The translations under genes and the position numbers were made by a program. From Actinobacteria bacterium ADurb.Bin346 (lineage in GTDB: Bacteria > Actinomycetota > Humimicrobiia > Humimicrobiales > Humimicrobiaceae): a stretch of DNA of 39,901 nt. The notes below the pieces were generated by a model. It worked only from the letters and a program-made list of their open reading frames with translations, did not search any database and had not been told where the DNA came from. Of the stretch, positions 16,298 to 24,768 are shown in pieces. Position 1 is the stretch's first letter; each line of letters opens with the position of its first letter. The stretch spans positions 1 through 39,901 of the forward strand of contig MWAX01000161.1 of the NCBI GenBank assembly GCA_002068775.1, in the 5' to 3' direction.

Positions 16298-17545
16298 TTA
16301 TTTAAGCATATGTTTCAATTTGGTTTTTTTGGTCTGAAGATACCGCCTGTTGTTTTCATTTGGCTCAATGATAACGGGCAGTATTTTTGTAATTTTTATT
16401 CCATAACCCTCAAGGCCTATGATTTTTCTTGGATTATTAGTCATAAGCTGTATATTTGAAAGACCCAGGTCCGATAGAATCTGAGCGCCTATCCCGTAAT
16501 CGCGCATGTCAGCTTCAAAACCGAGCTCAAGGTTTGCTTCAACTGTATCAAGGCCTCTATCCTGCAGCTCATATGCTTTCATTTTATTGCATAGGCCTAT
16601 ACCGCGTCCCTCCTGTGCCATATACAGAAGCACGCCATACCCTTTTCTGTTTATAATATTGAAAGCCTCGTCAAGCTGCTGTCCGCAGTCACATCTTTGT
16701 GAGCCAAATGTATCGCCTGTAAGACACTGGGAATGTACACGGACCGGCACATCATTCTTACCTTTGATATCCCCTTTTATAAAAGCTATGTGGATCTCTC
16801 CATCAATTATAGACTTATAAGTCACAGCCCTGAAAATTCCCCATTTGGTTGGAAGGCTTACTTCCGCAGCCCGTTCGATAAGTTTCTCTTTTGTTTTTCT
16901 GTACCTGATAAGCTCCTCAATAGTGATTATGGGGAGCCTGTGTTTTTTTGATAATTTTTTTATATCTGCAAGACGTGCAACTTCACCATCTTCACGTATT
17001 ATTTCGCATATTACTCCTGCAGGGAACAAGCCTGCAATCCCTGCCAGATCAACTGCAGCTTCGGTGTGCCCCGCTCTTACAAGCACACCTCCATCATGTG
17101 CTCTTAGAGGAAAAATATGCCCGGGTATTGTAAAATCTTCAGGTTTAGATGCCGGATCTATAAAAGTTTTTATTGTAAGAGCTCTGTCACTGGCTGAGGC
17201 TCCTGAGCCTTTTTTTATCATGGAATCTACAGACATCGCCATTGAAGGGGACGAACGGGTCTGTTCAATGCGGCCTGATTTTTTAATTCTTGGGGGTGCT
17301 GCCGTATCCATCATTGGTATTTGCAGTTCCTCAAGTCTTTTATGCTCACAGGGCATGTAGAGCAAGCCCCTTCCGTGAGTCATAAAAAAATTTATGGATT
17401 CTACAGTCACTTTTTCAGCCGGTTGAAAAAGAACCCCCTCATTTTCTTCAGAGCGGTCATCGACAATAATTATTATTTTTCCTTTTTTGATTGCTGAAAC
17501 GGAGTCCTCTATGCCTGAAAAAATCTTCTCATTTGATGAAACCAT
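16298..17545 (-). CDS. ribBA: Bifunctional 3,4-dihydroxy-2-butanone-4-phosphate synthase / GTP cyclohydrolase II
   Basis: The DHBP synthase part carries ..DRSEENEGVL.., PGHIFPLRA and RAGHTEAAVDLA. The GCH II part carries VRVHSQCLTGD.FGS.RCDCG.QL, YMAQEGRGIGL..K..AY.LQD.GLDTV.AN and DYGIGAQIL.DLG. Confidence 0.95.
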   Translation of the reverse strand: MVSSNEKIFSGIEDSVSAIKKGKIIIIVDDRSEENEGVLFQPAEKVTVESINFFMTHGRGLLYMPCEHKRLEELQIPMMDTAAPPRIKKSGRIEQTRSSPSMAMSVDSMIKKGSGASASDRALTIKTFIDPASKPEDFTIPGHIFPLRAHDGGVLVRAGHTEAAVDLAGIAGLFPAGVICEIIREDGEVARLADIKKLSKKHRLPIITIEELIRYRKTKEKLIERAAEVSLPTKWGIFRAVTYKSIIDGEIHIAFIKGDIKGKNDVPVRVHSQCLTGDTFGSQRCDCGQQLDEAFNIINRKGYGVLLYMAQEGRGIGLCNKMKAYELQDRGLDTVEANLELGFEADMRDYGIGAQILSDLGLSNIQLMTNNPRKIIGLEGYGIKITKILPVIIEPNENNRRYLQTKKTKLKHMLK

Positions 17546-18200
17546 ATTCCACCAGCTTCTCCTTTAAATTGTCGTCATTTTGATTTCCGGCGCCCACAGG
17601 ATTTATGATTCCCGTGTCTGAAAGTATCCTGAAAATATACCTTGATAAAAGGTCCACTTCTATATTTACTTTATCTCCTTCTTTAACGCGGGACAGCGAC
17701 GTGTTTTCAAATGTGTGCGGGATTATTGCAACTGCAAAGAAACCCCTGTCCGCTTCTGAAACAGTTAAGCTGATTCCGTCCAGCGCAACGGAGCCCCTTG
17801 GAGCAAGAAAGGGCGAAAGACCTTCAGGAATTTTGAGTTCTATCCTGTATGAATTACCCTTTTTTTCAATCCCTGTTATTTCTGCAGTGCCATCCACATG
17901 GCCGCTGACGAAATGCCCGCCAATTTTTGCAGAAGGGGTGAGAGAGCTTTCAAGGTTTACAATTTTTCCTGCTCCCATATTTTTAAAAGTAGTTTTTTCA
18001 AGTGTTGAATATGAAATATCACAAATAAATCCTGAAGGCTTTAATTTTTTTACAGTCAGGCAGCAGCCATCCACAGCAACGGAATCACCGGCTGAAAGGC
18101 CTTTCAATATCTGATTGCATGAGATTTCAATAAGCTTGCATTCATTGCCTTCGCTGACACCCCTTATCTTACCAGTCTCTTTTATTATGCCTGTAAACAT
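17529..18200 (-). CDS. ribE: Riboflavin synthase (alpha chain)
   Basis: MFTGIIKETGKI...GDSVAVDGCCLTV...TLEKTTF......GGHFVSGHVDG...ALDGISLTV is the duplicated lumazine-binding repeat pattern. Confidence 0.95.
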   Translation of the reverse strand: MFTGIIKETGKIRGVSEGNECKLIEISCNQILKGLSAGDSVAVDGCCLTVKKLKPSGFICDISYSTLEKTTFKNMGAGKIVNLESSLTPSAKIGGHFVSGHVDGTAEITGIEKKGNSYRIELKIPEGLSPFLAPRGSVALDGISLTVSEADRGFFAVAIIPHTFENTSLSRVKEGDKVNIEVDLLSRYIFRILSDTGIINPVGAGNQNDDNLKEKLVEYGFIK

Positions 18201-18217
18201 TTTTTTACCTTCCTGCT

Positions 18218-19396
18218 CTAAAGAAGAGCATTCTTTTTTTTAGGATATGCGGTTATCATTAAATCACCATCTATATTTTTAACACTTTCAATTTCAAGCA
18301 CGGGACAATCTGAAAGAAGTTTAGTGCTCAGATTTCCGAACATACCATACCTGCTGTCATTTCCAATTATCTTTGGTGCCATAAATAAAATCATTTTGTC
18401 AAAAAGTTTATTTTTTAAAAAGCTTGAACAGAGCATCTGGCCTGCTTCGACCAGCACGGAAGTTACTTCATAATTATCATGAAGTATTTTAAGTATTTGT
18501 GAAAGGTCAAGAAGTGTAATGTCAGTATTTTCTTTTTGTTTTTGCAGCTCTTTTATTTCAGTGATTTCCATTCCCATTTTTTTAAGTAAAGCAGCTTTTT
18601 TTCTCTGCTCATTGTTTAAGGATGAAGTAAAAACAATGGTTTTTATTCTTTCTGAAGTGCATGCAATCTTTGATTGGGGGCTTATCCTGAGACTGCTGTC
18701 AAGTATTGCACGTAAAAATTTCCTGCTTTTTAAAGGGACAGATGATGTTTTGGCAATACGGAGATGCAGCAGAGGGTCATCTGTCAGGACAGTATTTATG
18801 CCTGTGAGAATACAGTCATTTTTAAGCCTCATTTTCTGCACCAGACGCCTTGATTTTTCTGAGGTTATCCATTTGGAATTCCCGGAATCAAGAGCTGTCC
18901 TGCCGTCCAGGCTTGAAGCAATTTTAATTGTCACAAATGGACGTCCGGAAGTTATGGACTTAAAAAAAATCTCATTCTGTTTTTTTGCGCGCTCTTCAAG
19001 CAAACCATAGTCAACAATGACGCCGGCAGCTTTAAGGATTTCAAAACCTCTTCCGCTGACTTCAGGATTAGGGTCCCTGCACGCTGCAACAACTCTGCTG
19101 ATGCCATTCTTTATAATAGCCTCTGTGCAGGGGGGCGTTTTTCCATAGATGCAGCACGGCTCAAGGCTGACATACATAGTTGCACCGGCAAGAAGCTTTT
19201 TATCAGGGCAGGCATTAATGGCTTCCACTTCAGCGTGACTGCTGCCTGCTTTCTTATGATAGCCGCTGGACAGCATCTTTCCGTCTTTTACAATTACAGC
19301 ACCGACCATTGGATTGGGGCTGGTAAAGCCTCGCGCTTTTTCAGCAATCGAAATGGCAAGCTTCATGTATCTTTTATCTTCTGCACTAAAATTCAT
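18218..19396 (-). CDS. ribD: Bifunctional diaminohydroxyphosphoribosylaminopyrimidine deaminase / 5-amino-6-(5-phosphoribosylamino)uracil reductase
   Basis: The deaminase zinc motifs HAEVEA and LEPCC..GKTPPC are followed by a reductase domain (KIASSLDGR.A...G.S.WIT). It is the first gene after the FMN riboswitch. Confidence 0.93.
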   Translation of the reverse strand: MNFSAEDKRYMKLAISIAEKARGFTSPNPMVGAVIVKDGKMLSSGYHKKAGSSHAEVEAINACPDKKLLAGATMYVSLEPCCIYGKTPPCTEAIIKNGISRVVAACRDPNPEVSGRGFEILKAAGVIVDYGLLEERAKKQNEIFFKSITSGRPFVTIKIASSLDGRTALDSGNSKWITSEKSRRLVQKMRLKNDCILTGINTVLTDDPLLHLRIAKTSSVPLKSRKFLRAILDSSLRISPQSKIACTSERIKTIVFTSSLNNEQRKKAALLKKMGMEITEIKELQKQKENTDITLLDLSQILKILHDNYEVTSVLVEAGQMLCSSFLKNKLFDKMILFMAPKIIGNDSRYGMFGNLSTKLLSDCPVLEIESVKNIDGDLMITAYPKKKNALL

Positions 19397-19449
19397 TATA
19401 AGATTCTGCCTTTAAGCTCAAAAATTATTTTTGACTAATATATTTTAAA

Positions 19450-19481
19450 AATAAAAAAGCCATGGAGAAAATCCATGGCTA
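19450..19481 (-). terminator. Riboswitch expression-platform terminator upstream of ribD
   Basis: The minus-strand transcript reads AGCCATGGA-tttt-CTCCATGGCT followed by TTTTTTATTTTT. The loop and 3' stem (ATTTTCTCC) are complementary to the aptamer 3' strand GGAGAAAAT, so an alternative anti-terminator pairing is available. Confidence 0.75.
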
Positions 19482-19511
19482 AAATCAAATACTTTTATCT
19501 GACCAGTCATA

Positions 19512-19636
19512 AATTTTCTCCCATCCAGACTTTAACTGTCGGTCCTGGAATACTGCCAGGTCGACCTCTGCTGTAGCTGAGCAAAGGCTTGCGGACTTTA
19601 CCGCCGGTAGGGGATTTCACCCTTCCTCGAAAATTA
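19512..19636 (-). ncRNA. FMN riboswitch (RFN element) aptamer
   Basis: The minus-strand sequence is TTTTCGAGGAAGGGTGAAATCCCCTACCGGCGGTAAAGTCCGCAAGCC...GACCTGGCAGTATTCCAGGACCGACAGTTAAAGTCTGGATGGGAGAAAA. It contains the conserved RFN cores (GGGTGAAATCCC, CCGGCGGTA..AGTCCGC, CCGACAGT.AAGTCTGGATGGGAGAA) and a closing P1 (TTTTC/GAAAA). Confidence 0.92.
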
Positions 19637-19653
19637 TCTGCTTTAGAAACAGA

Positions 19654-19662
19654 ATTATATCA
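19654..19662 (-). promoter_or_regulatory. Candidate extended -10 element (TGATATAAT) of the rib operon promoter
   Basis: The rc of 19654-19662 is TGATATAAT, about 18 nt upstream of the riboswitch P1. A second TATAAT lies at rc 19670-19675. This rests on sequence pattern only. Confidence 0.4.
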
Positions 19663-19700
19663 GAAAAAAATTATAAAAAAAATGAAAAATCCTAGTAAAA

Positions 19701-19793
19701 GCATGGATAGTTTTTGTTTAAAACAGGATTTCAAATTATAATAACACTATTATGCAAACAGGCAGTTGCTGAACCCTATAACTTTTAATGCAA
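19701..19793 (+). repeat. Direct repeat copy 1 (~92 bp) in the rib/rpe divergent intergenic region
   Basis: GCATGgATAGTTTTTGTTTAAAACAGGATTTCAAATTATAATAACACTATTATGCAAACAGGCAGTTGCTGAAC... recurs 113 bp downstream. The 68-bp core 19707-19774 is identical to 19820-19887, and the similarity decays toward ..CTTTTAATGCAA. It contains TTGTTT-17 nt-TATAAT (19714-19742). Confidence 0.9.
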
Positions 19794-19814
19794 CTTGAAA
19801 TCAGTATTGAAACG

Positions 19815-19906
19815 GCATGATAGTTTTTGTTTAAAACAGGATTTCAAATTATAATAACACTATTATGCAAACAGGCAGTTGCTGAACGCGATATCTTTTA
19901 ATGCAA
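19815..19906 (+). repeat. Direct repeat copy 2 (~92 bp), proximal to rpe
   Basis: See copy 1. The identical core is 19820-19887. Confidence 0.9.
19827..19855 (+). promoter_or_regulatory. Candidate sigma70-type promoter for rpe (TTGTTT-17 nt-TATAAT), duplicated at 19714-19742
   Basis: The -35-like TTGTTT and consensus TATAAT have a 17-nt spacer, 70 nt upstream of the rpe ATG. The -35 overlaps the palindrome TGTTTAAAACA. This rests on pattern only. Confidence 0.45.
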
Positions 19907-19925
19907 GAGAAAGGGCTATTTCTGA

Positions 19926-20621
19926 ATGAAAAACTTTTTGTCAGATAAAAAATACAGGATTGCTGCATCGATTCTTGACTGCAATTTTTTGGAGCTCAAC
20001 CGTGAAATAAAAAAAGTGATGGCCCTGGGCATTGACATGCTTCATCTGGATGTTATGGATGGAAGCTTTGTTTCAAATATTTCAATAGGCCAGCCGGTGA
20101 TCTCAAGGATAAGACAGCATGCCGGGTTAAAGCTCGACGTGCATTTGATGATAAATAATCCAGACAAACATATCGACAGTTTTATCAGCGCCGGGGCAGA
20201 TATAATAAGTGTGCATGTGGAAACATGTCCCCACTTAAGCTGGACGCTCAGACACATAAAACAATGCGGAGCCGGAGCAGCAGTTGCTTTAAATCCGGCA
20301 ACACCCGTATCATCAATCGAAAATGTGCTGCCCTACCTTGACATGGTGCTGATTATGACAGTTAACCCGGGTTTTGGCGGACAGGCTTTTCTTGAGGAAA
20401 TGCTTCCAAAGATAAAAAAACTTAAATCAATGCTGGAAGAATATAAAAAATCTTCAGGAGGCAAAAGAAAAATATTAATACAGGTTGATGGTGGAATAAA
20501 TCCCGAGACAGCAGCCAGAGTCATGGCCGCGGGGGCAGATATTTTTGTGCTGGGCTCAGCATTGTTCAATGCCGATGATCCGGGAATTGTAATCAGAAAA
20601 ATAAACGAAATACTTGTATAA
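19926..20621 (+). CDS. rpe: Ribulose-phosphate 3-epimerase
   Basis: ..RIAASILDCNF..L......G.DMLHLDVMDG.FV.NIS.G......DVHLM...P......GAD.ISVH.E.......ALNP.TP......D.VLIMTVNPGFGGQ.F......VDGGIN.. is canonical Rpe. Confidence 0.93.
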   Translation: MKNFLSDKKYRIAASILDCNFLELNREIKKVMALGIDMLHLDVMDGSFVSNISIGQPVISRIRQHAGLKLDVHLMINNPDKHIDSFISAGADIISVHVETCPHLSWTLRHIKQCGAGAAVALNPATPVSSIENVLPYLDMVLIMTVNPGFGGQAFLEEMLPKIKKLKSMLEEYKKSSGGKRKILIQVDGGINPETAARVMAAGADIFVLGSALFNADDPGIVIRKINEILV

Positions 20622-20649
20622 AAAAAGAGTTCAGAATGGAGAATGCTTA

Positions 20650-21213
20650 ATGACAGTCTTAAAAAAAATACGAAACCTGGTTTTACCGCTTCCTGTAATG
20701 CTTGCAACATGCAGGGCAGAAAAGAATGACCCGGGAACAGATAATATAATACCTCTTGCATGGGTGGGAATAGTTGAATATGAGCCTCCAATGGTCAATG
20801 TAATGATTGGCAGCGGCAAGTATTCTGCGGTCACAATAGAAAATCGCAAAGAATTTGGATTGTGCATGGCGACAGCCGGAATGATGGAAAAGGTGGATTT
20901 TTGCGGTTATTCGCATGGAGATAAAGTAGATAAATTCAAAGTCACAGGATTTTCAAAAATACAGGCGGAAAAAATCGATGCTCCCCTTATAAAAGAATGC
21001 CCGATTTCTCTTGAATGTGCGGTACGCGATATTTTAAAACCAAAAAACCATATGATGTTTATTGCTGAAGTCCTGGCAACACATATTGACAGTAAATTCC
21101 TCAAAGACGGAGAAGAGCCGGATCTGGAAAATATGGATATACTTTGTTATGCAAATGACCAGTACTGGAGCATGGGTAGAAAGTTAAATAACCTTTTTTA
21201 TTCAAAATACTGA
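20650..21213 (+). CDS. Flavin reductase-like (FMN-binding split-barrel) protein
   Basis: ..LPLPVMLATC......NIIPLAWVGIVEYEPPMVNVMIG..KYS...I.....FGL.......EKVDFCG..SG..VDKF.. is the typical flavin_reduct domain. The ATG at 20650 has a GGAG 9 nt upstream. The track start at 20614 overlaps rpe. Confidence 0.8.
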   Translation: MTVLKKIRNLVLPLPVMLATCRAEKNDPGTDNIIPLAWVGIVEYEPPMVNVMIGSGKYSAVTIENRKEFGLCMATAGMMEKVDFCGYSHGDKVDKFKVTGFSKIQAEKIDAPLIKECPISLECAVRDILKPKNHMMFIAEVLATHIDSKFLKDGEEPDLENMDILCYANDQYWSMGRKLNNLFYSKY

Positions 21214-21261
21214 ATAATACAGCTCAGCAGTTAATAAAAATAATTAAAAACAAAAAATAAA

Positions 21262-21291
21262 ATAGCCCTTTTTGTAAAAAGGGCTATTTTT
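21262..21291. terminator. Bidirectional rho-independent terminator between the flavin reductase and ferredoxin genes
   Basis: ATAGCCCTTTTT-gt-AAAAAGGGCTAT forms a 12-bp perfect stem. It is flanked by an A-run upstream and a T-run downstream, so it works on both strands. Confidence 0.85.
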
Positions 21292-21346
21292 AAATCAGGG
21301 AATACTGATTCTTAAAAAAACCAGCTTGGCGATGATGAAAAGACGG

Positions 21347-21538
21347 CTACTCAGCAATTATTGCTTCTGTTGGACAACTTTCCACCGCTTCCTGGATGCA
21401 TTCTTCGTCATATTCATCAAAATCCGTTTTTATGACAACAGCAACATCTTTATCTTCATCCATCTTGAATATATCCGGACAAGTCTCCTCACAAAGTCCA
21501 CAACCAGTGCAGAGCTCCTCGTCGATTCTTACTTCCAT
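21347..21538 (-). CDS. fdx: Small ferredoxin (single-cluster, ~63 aa)
   Basis: MEVRIDEELCTGCGLCEETCPDIF......EECIQEAVESCPTEAI has a CxxCxxC...CP pattern plus a distal C, typical of Pyrococcus/Thermotoga-type monocluster ferredoxins. Confidence 0.88.
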   Translation of the reverse strand: MEVRIDEELCTGCGLCEETCPDIFKMDEDKDVAVVIKTDFDEYDEECIQEAVESCPTEAIIAE

Positions 21539-21917
21539 TTAAGTTCCTTTCTTCTGTAATATTTTATATTGCAGGTTTTGTATTTTCCTATATAGCAAAA
21601 CAAAGGGAAATATACAAGAAATTTCTTTTTAATTCAACATTAATTTTCTGCTTAATTTCTGCTTTATTTTTCTGCTTTCAGCATTTGATTTTTCTGTAAA
21701 AATGCCTGAGTGTTTTAAAAATTATTAATCGTCATAATCTCTTTTAATATCCCTTTTAAAAGACGCCCATGGCTTTACCGGCATAAGACAGATTTATTAA
21801 AAAATAATAAAAAAATAAAATTATTGCACATTTACATTCAAAAATGTGTTATATTTAAAATGAATATTTTCTTGATTAAAATTTCAAGTATTTTATCTGG
21901 ACACAGGGAGCTTACTG

Positions 21918-23351
21918 TTGAAGCATCAATTTAGAATCACCAGGCGCGAGCTAATACTGGAAGATATTTTTTATTCACTGACAAACCTTGTCAAAGATGC
22001 AATCATTGTTGCTGATTCTTCACGGAAAATTGTCTACTGGAACAAAGCTTCAGAAAGGATATTCAGGTATCAGGCATCAGAGATCCTTGGCAAATCCCTG
22101 AGCACAGTCCTGCTGCAGGATGTTTTGTCTTTCAGCGTAAAAAGCAGCCCCAGCCCTAAAGAGAAATTTATTGAAGTGATAGGCAGAAAAAAGAATGGAC
22201 AAAAAATACCTCTTGAAATCTCAAGGACTTACTGGGAATCTGAGAAAGGGCATTTTTTTACACTGATTATCCGGGATGTGACTATAAGGAAGAATGCAGA
22301 AGAAAAGCTTAAATATATGAGTTTTCACGATAATCTCACCGGACTTTATAATCGCTCATATTTTGAAGAAGAGCTGCAGAGACTGAATACCGCAAGGCAA
22401 TTGCCGCTGAGTATAATCATTGGCGATATAGATGGCTTTAAGCTTGTGAATGATGCGTTTGGTTATAAGCAGGGGGATGAATTATTAAAAAATCTTGCAA
22501 AAGTACTGAAAGACTCCTGCAGGTCAGAAGACATGCTTGCCAGATGGGGAGGAGACGAATTTGTAATACTGCTTCCAAAAACTGATATAAAAGGAATACA
22601 GGAGATAATATCAAGGATACAGAAAAAAAGCAGGGAGGTTTCATCTGGCGGGATACCGCTGAATATTTCCCTGGGATTTGCCACAAAAGAAAAGTCCACA
22701 GACAATATAGACCGTGTCATAAAAGAAGCCGAGGACTCAATGAAGCAGAAAAAACTCATCCAGAGTAAGAAAGTCTCAAATGAGATAATAGCGTCAATTG
22801 AGAAGAAGCTAAGGGAAAGAAGCAGGGAATCAGGCGAGGCATATGAAAGGATAAAAAACCTTGCCCTCACACTCGGAAAAGCCTTAAAGCTTCAGAAGTC
22901 TGACCTTGACAATCTTGCCCTGCTTTCCGACTTTCATGACATAGGTAAGGTTACAATCAAAACCAGGATACTGACAAAAAAATCAAAGCTCGCAGAAGAA
23001 GAATGGCAGATAATGAAGATGCATCCGGAAATCGGATACCGGATTGCAAAATCGTCCGTTCAACTTGCGCAAATAGCAGATGCAATCCTTGCGCACCATG
23101 AAAACTGGGATGGCACCGGATACCCTTATAAGCTTAAAGGAAACAAGATACCAGTTATCTCAAGAATAGTCGCAATAGTTGAAGCTTATGATGTGATGGT
23201 GTGCGGACGAAACTATAAAAAAGCAGTTAGCAAAGAACAAGCCATAAAAGAGCTCAGGCTCTGTTCAAGAAAACAGTTTGACCCGCAGTTTGTAAGTAAA
23301 TTCATTGAAATAATGGAGCAAAAGGAAAAAAACCTCAGCCTTTTTCCTTAA
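21918..23351 (+). CDS. PAS sensor / GGDEF diguanylate cyclase / HD-GYP phosphodiesterase fusion protein
   Basis: The PAS domain carries ..IIVADSSRKIVYWNKASERIFRY. The GGDEF domain carries HDNLTGLYNR..F, D.D.FK..ND..G...GD and an intact RWGGDEFVILL. The HD-GYP domain carries LSDFHDIGK and HHENWDGTGYP. TTG start with a GGGAGC RBS. Confidence 0.9.
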   Translation: MKHQFRITRRELILEDIFYSLTNLVKDAIIVADSSRKIVYWNKASERIFRYQASEILGKSLSTVLLQDVLSFSVKSSPSPKEKFIEVIGRKKNGQKIPLEISRTYWESEKGHFFTLIIRDVTIRKNAEEKLKYMSFHDNLTGLYNRSYFEEELQRLNTARQLPLSIIIGDIDGFKLVNDAFGYKQGDELLKNLAKVLKDSCRSEDMLARWGGDEFVILLPKTDIKGIQEIISRIQKKSREVSSGGIPLNISLGFATKEKSTDNIDRVIKEAEDSMKQKKLIQSKKVSNEIIASIEKKLRERSRESGEAYERIKNLALTLGKALKLQKSDLDNLALLSDFHDIGKVTIKTRILTKKSKLAEEEWQIMKMHPEIGYRIAKSSVQLAQIADAILAHHENWDGTGYPYKLKGNKIPVISRIVAIVEAYDVMVCGRNYKKAVSKEQAIKELRLCSRKQFDPQFVSKFIEIMEQKEKNLSLFP

Positions 23352-23526
23352 AAATCTGACATTTTTCCTGAAATACCTGCTGTTTTTCAGTTTTAAACCC
23401 CATATTATTAAAAAGAATTTTTATTGTGTTTTGCTGTTTTACAGTTATAATTCAACTGGAATTATATAAAAATCATTACTTTAGAAAATAAAAATATAAC
23501 TGTAAAAAATATAACTGAGGGGAAAA

Positions 23527-24750
23527 ATGGACATCTATAAAGAATCACTCCTGATGCATAAAGAAAACTGCGGCAAGATAGACGTGGTCACTAAAGTCAA
23601 GACTGAAAATGAGCATGACCTGGCTCTTGCTTATTCGCCTGGCGTGGCGCAACCATGCAGGGAAATAGCGAAAGACCCCTCTCTTTTGAACACTTACACT
23701 GCAAGAGCAAACATGATAGCAGTAGTGTCAGACGGCTCAGCAGTGCTTGGGCTTGGCAATATCGGCGCAAGAGCATCACTGCCTGTAATGGAAGGAAAAT
23801 GTGTGCTCTTCAGGCAGTTTGGAGGCGTTTCAGCTTTCCCCATCTGCATTGAAAGCCAGGATAATCATACAATTGTCGAAACAGTAAAGCTTCTTGAGCC
23901 TTCTTTTGCCGGAATCAATCTTGAAGATATCTCAGCGCCCAGATGCTTTGAGATTGAAAACCGTCTGAAAGCAGAATCCGGGATGCTGATATTCCACGAT
24001 GACCAGCACGGCACCGCAATAGTTACACTTGCCGGTCTTTTTAACTCTCTTAAATTTTATGGTCTTGATATAAAAGATATAAAAATAGTCATGAATGGAG
24101 CGGGCGCAGCAGGGCACTCTATAATTAAACTGCTGTCGACGCTCGGAGTCTCAAATGTGCTTGTGTGCGATACAAAAGGAATAATTTACAGGGACAGAGG
24201 GGACCTTAATTTCGCAAAGGAAGAAATAGCATCGCTTACCAATCCGGAAAACCGGAAAGGAAGCCTTGAAGATGCAGTCGAGGGGGCTGACGTGTTTATC
24301 GGGGTGTCAATAGCTGACCAGTTAAAGCCGGAGATGGTGGCAAAGATGAGGAAAAAACCCATTGTATTTGCGCTTGCAAACCCGGAGCCGGAAATAAAAC
24401 CTGACATTGCAAAAATAGCCGGTATAGAAATAATTGCTACAGGCAGGAGCGATTATCCAAACCAGGTAAACAATGTGCTGGCTTTCCCCGGTATTTTCAG
24501 GGGCGCTCTTGATGCAAATGCTAAAGATATAAACATGGAGATGAAAATAGAGGCAGCCAGGGCAATAGCGTCAATTGTTGAAAAAGATATAAAGACAGAT
24601 TACATAATACCAAAACCTTTTGATGCCAGAGTGCTTCCCGCAGTTGCGTCCAACGTCGCAGCGGCAGCTGTAAAGACAGGGGTTGCGCCAGCTGATACTG
24701 ATCTTGACTGGATAGAGTACAAGGCAAAGAATATATTGAGAAAAAAATAA
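23527..24750 (+). CDS. maeB: NAD(P)-dependent malic enzyme (short MaeB-type, no PTA domain)
   Basis: ..LALAYSPGVA.PC..I.......YTARAN.IAVVSDGSAVLGLGNIG..A.LPVMEGK..LF..F.G.....I.......INLEDISAPRCFEIE.......FHDDQHGTAIV......NGAGAAG.. are canonical malic enzyme motifs. Confidence 0.93.
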   Translation: MDIYKESLLMHKENCGKIDVVTKVKTENEHDLALAYSPGVAQPCREIAKDPSLLNTYTARANMIAVVSDGSAVLGLGNIGARASLPVMEGKCVLFRQFGGVSAFPICIESQDNHTIVETVKLLEPSFAGINLEDISAPRCFEIENRLKAESGMLIFHDDQHGTAIVTLAGLFNSLKFYGLDIKDIKIVMNGAGAAGHSIIKLLSTLGVSNVLVCDTKGIIYRDRGDLNFAKEEIASLTNPENRKGSLEDAVEGADVFIGVSIADQLKPEMVAKMRKKPIVFALANPEPEIKPDIAKIAGIEIIATGRSDYPNQVNNVLAFPGIFRGALDANAKDINMEMKIEAARAIASIVEKDIKTDYIIPKPFDARVLPAVASNVAAAAVKTGVAPADTDLDWIEYKAKNILRKK

Positions 24751-24768
24751 CAGCAGCAGTCCGGCCAG

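Noticed and set aside
16456-19010. Long + strand ORFs inside the rib operon (for example 16845-17360 at 171 aa, 17605-18114 at 169 aa, 18519-19010 at 163 aa)
   Set aside because: Each lies fully antisense to a canonical ribBA, ribE or ribD gene. The translations are Ser/Pro/Leu-rich with no motifs, as expected for open antisense frames.
20333-20916. Minus-strand ORFs across the rpe / flavin-reductase junction (20333-20791 at 152 aa, 20631-20867, 20683-20916)
   Set aside because: They are antisense to two well-supported + strand genes and their composition is not protein-like.
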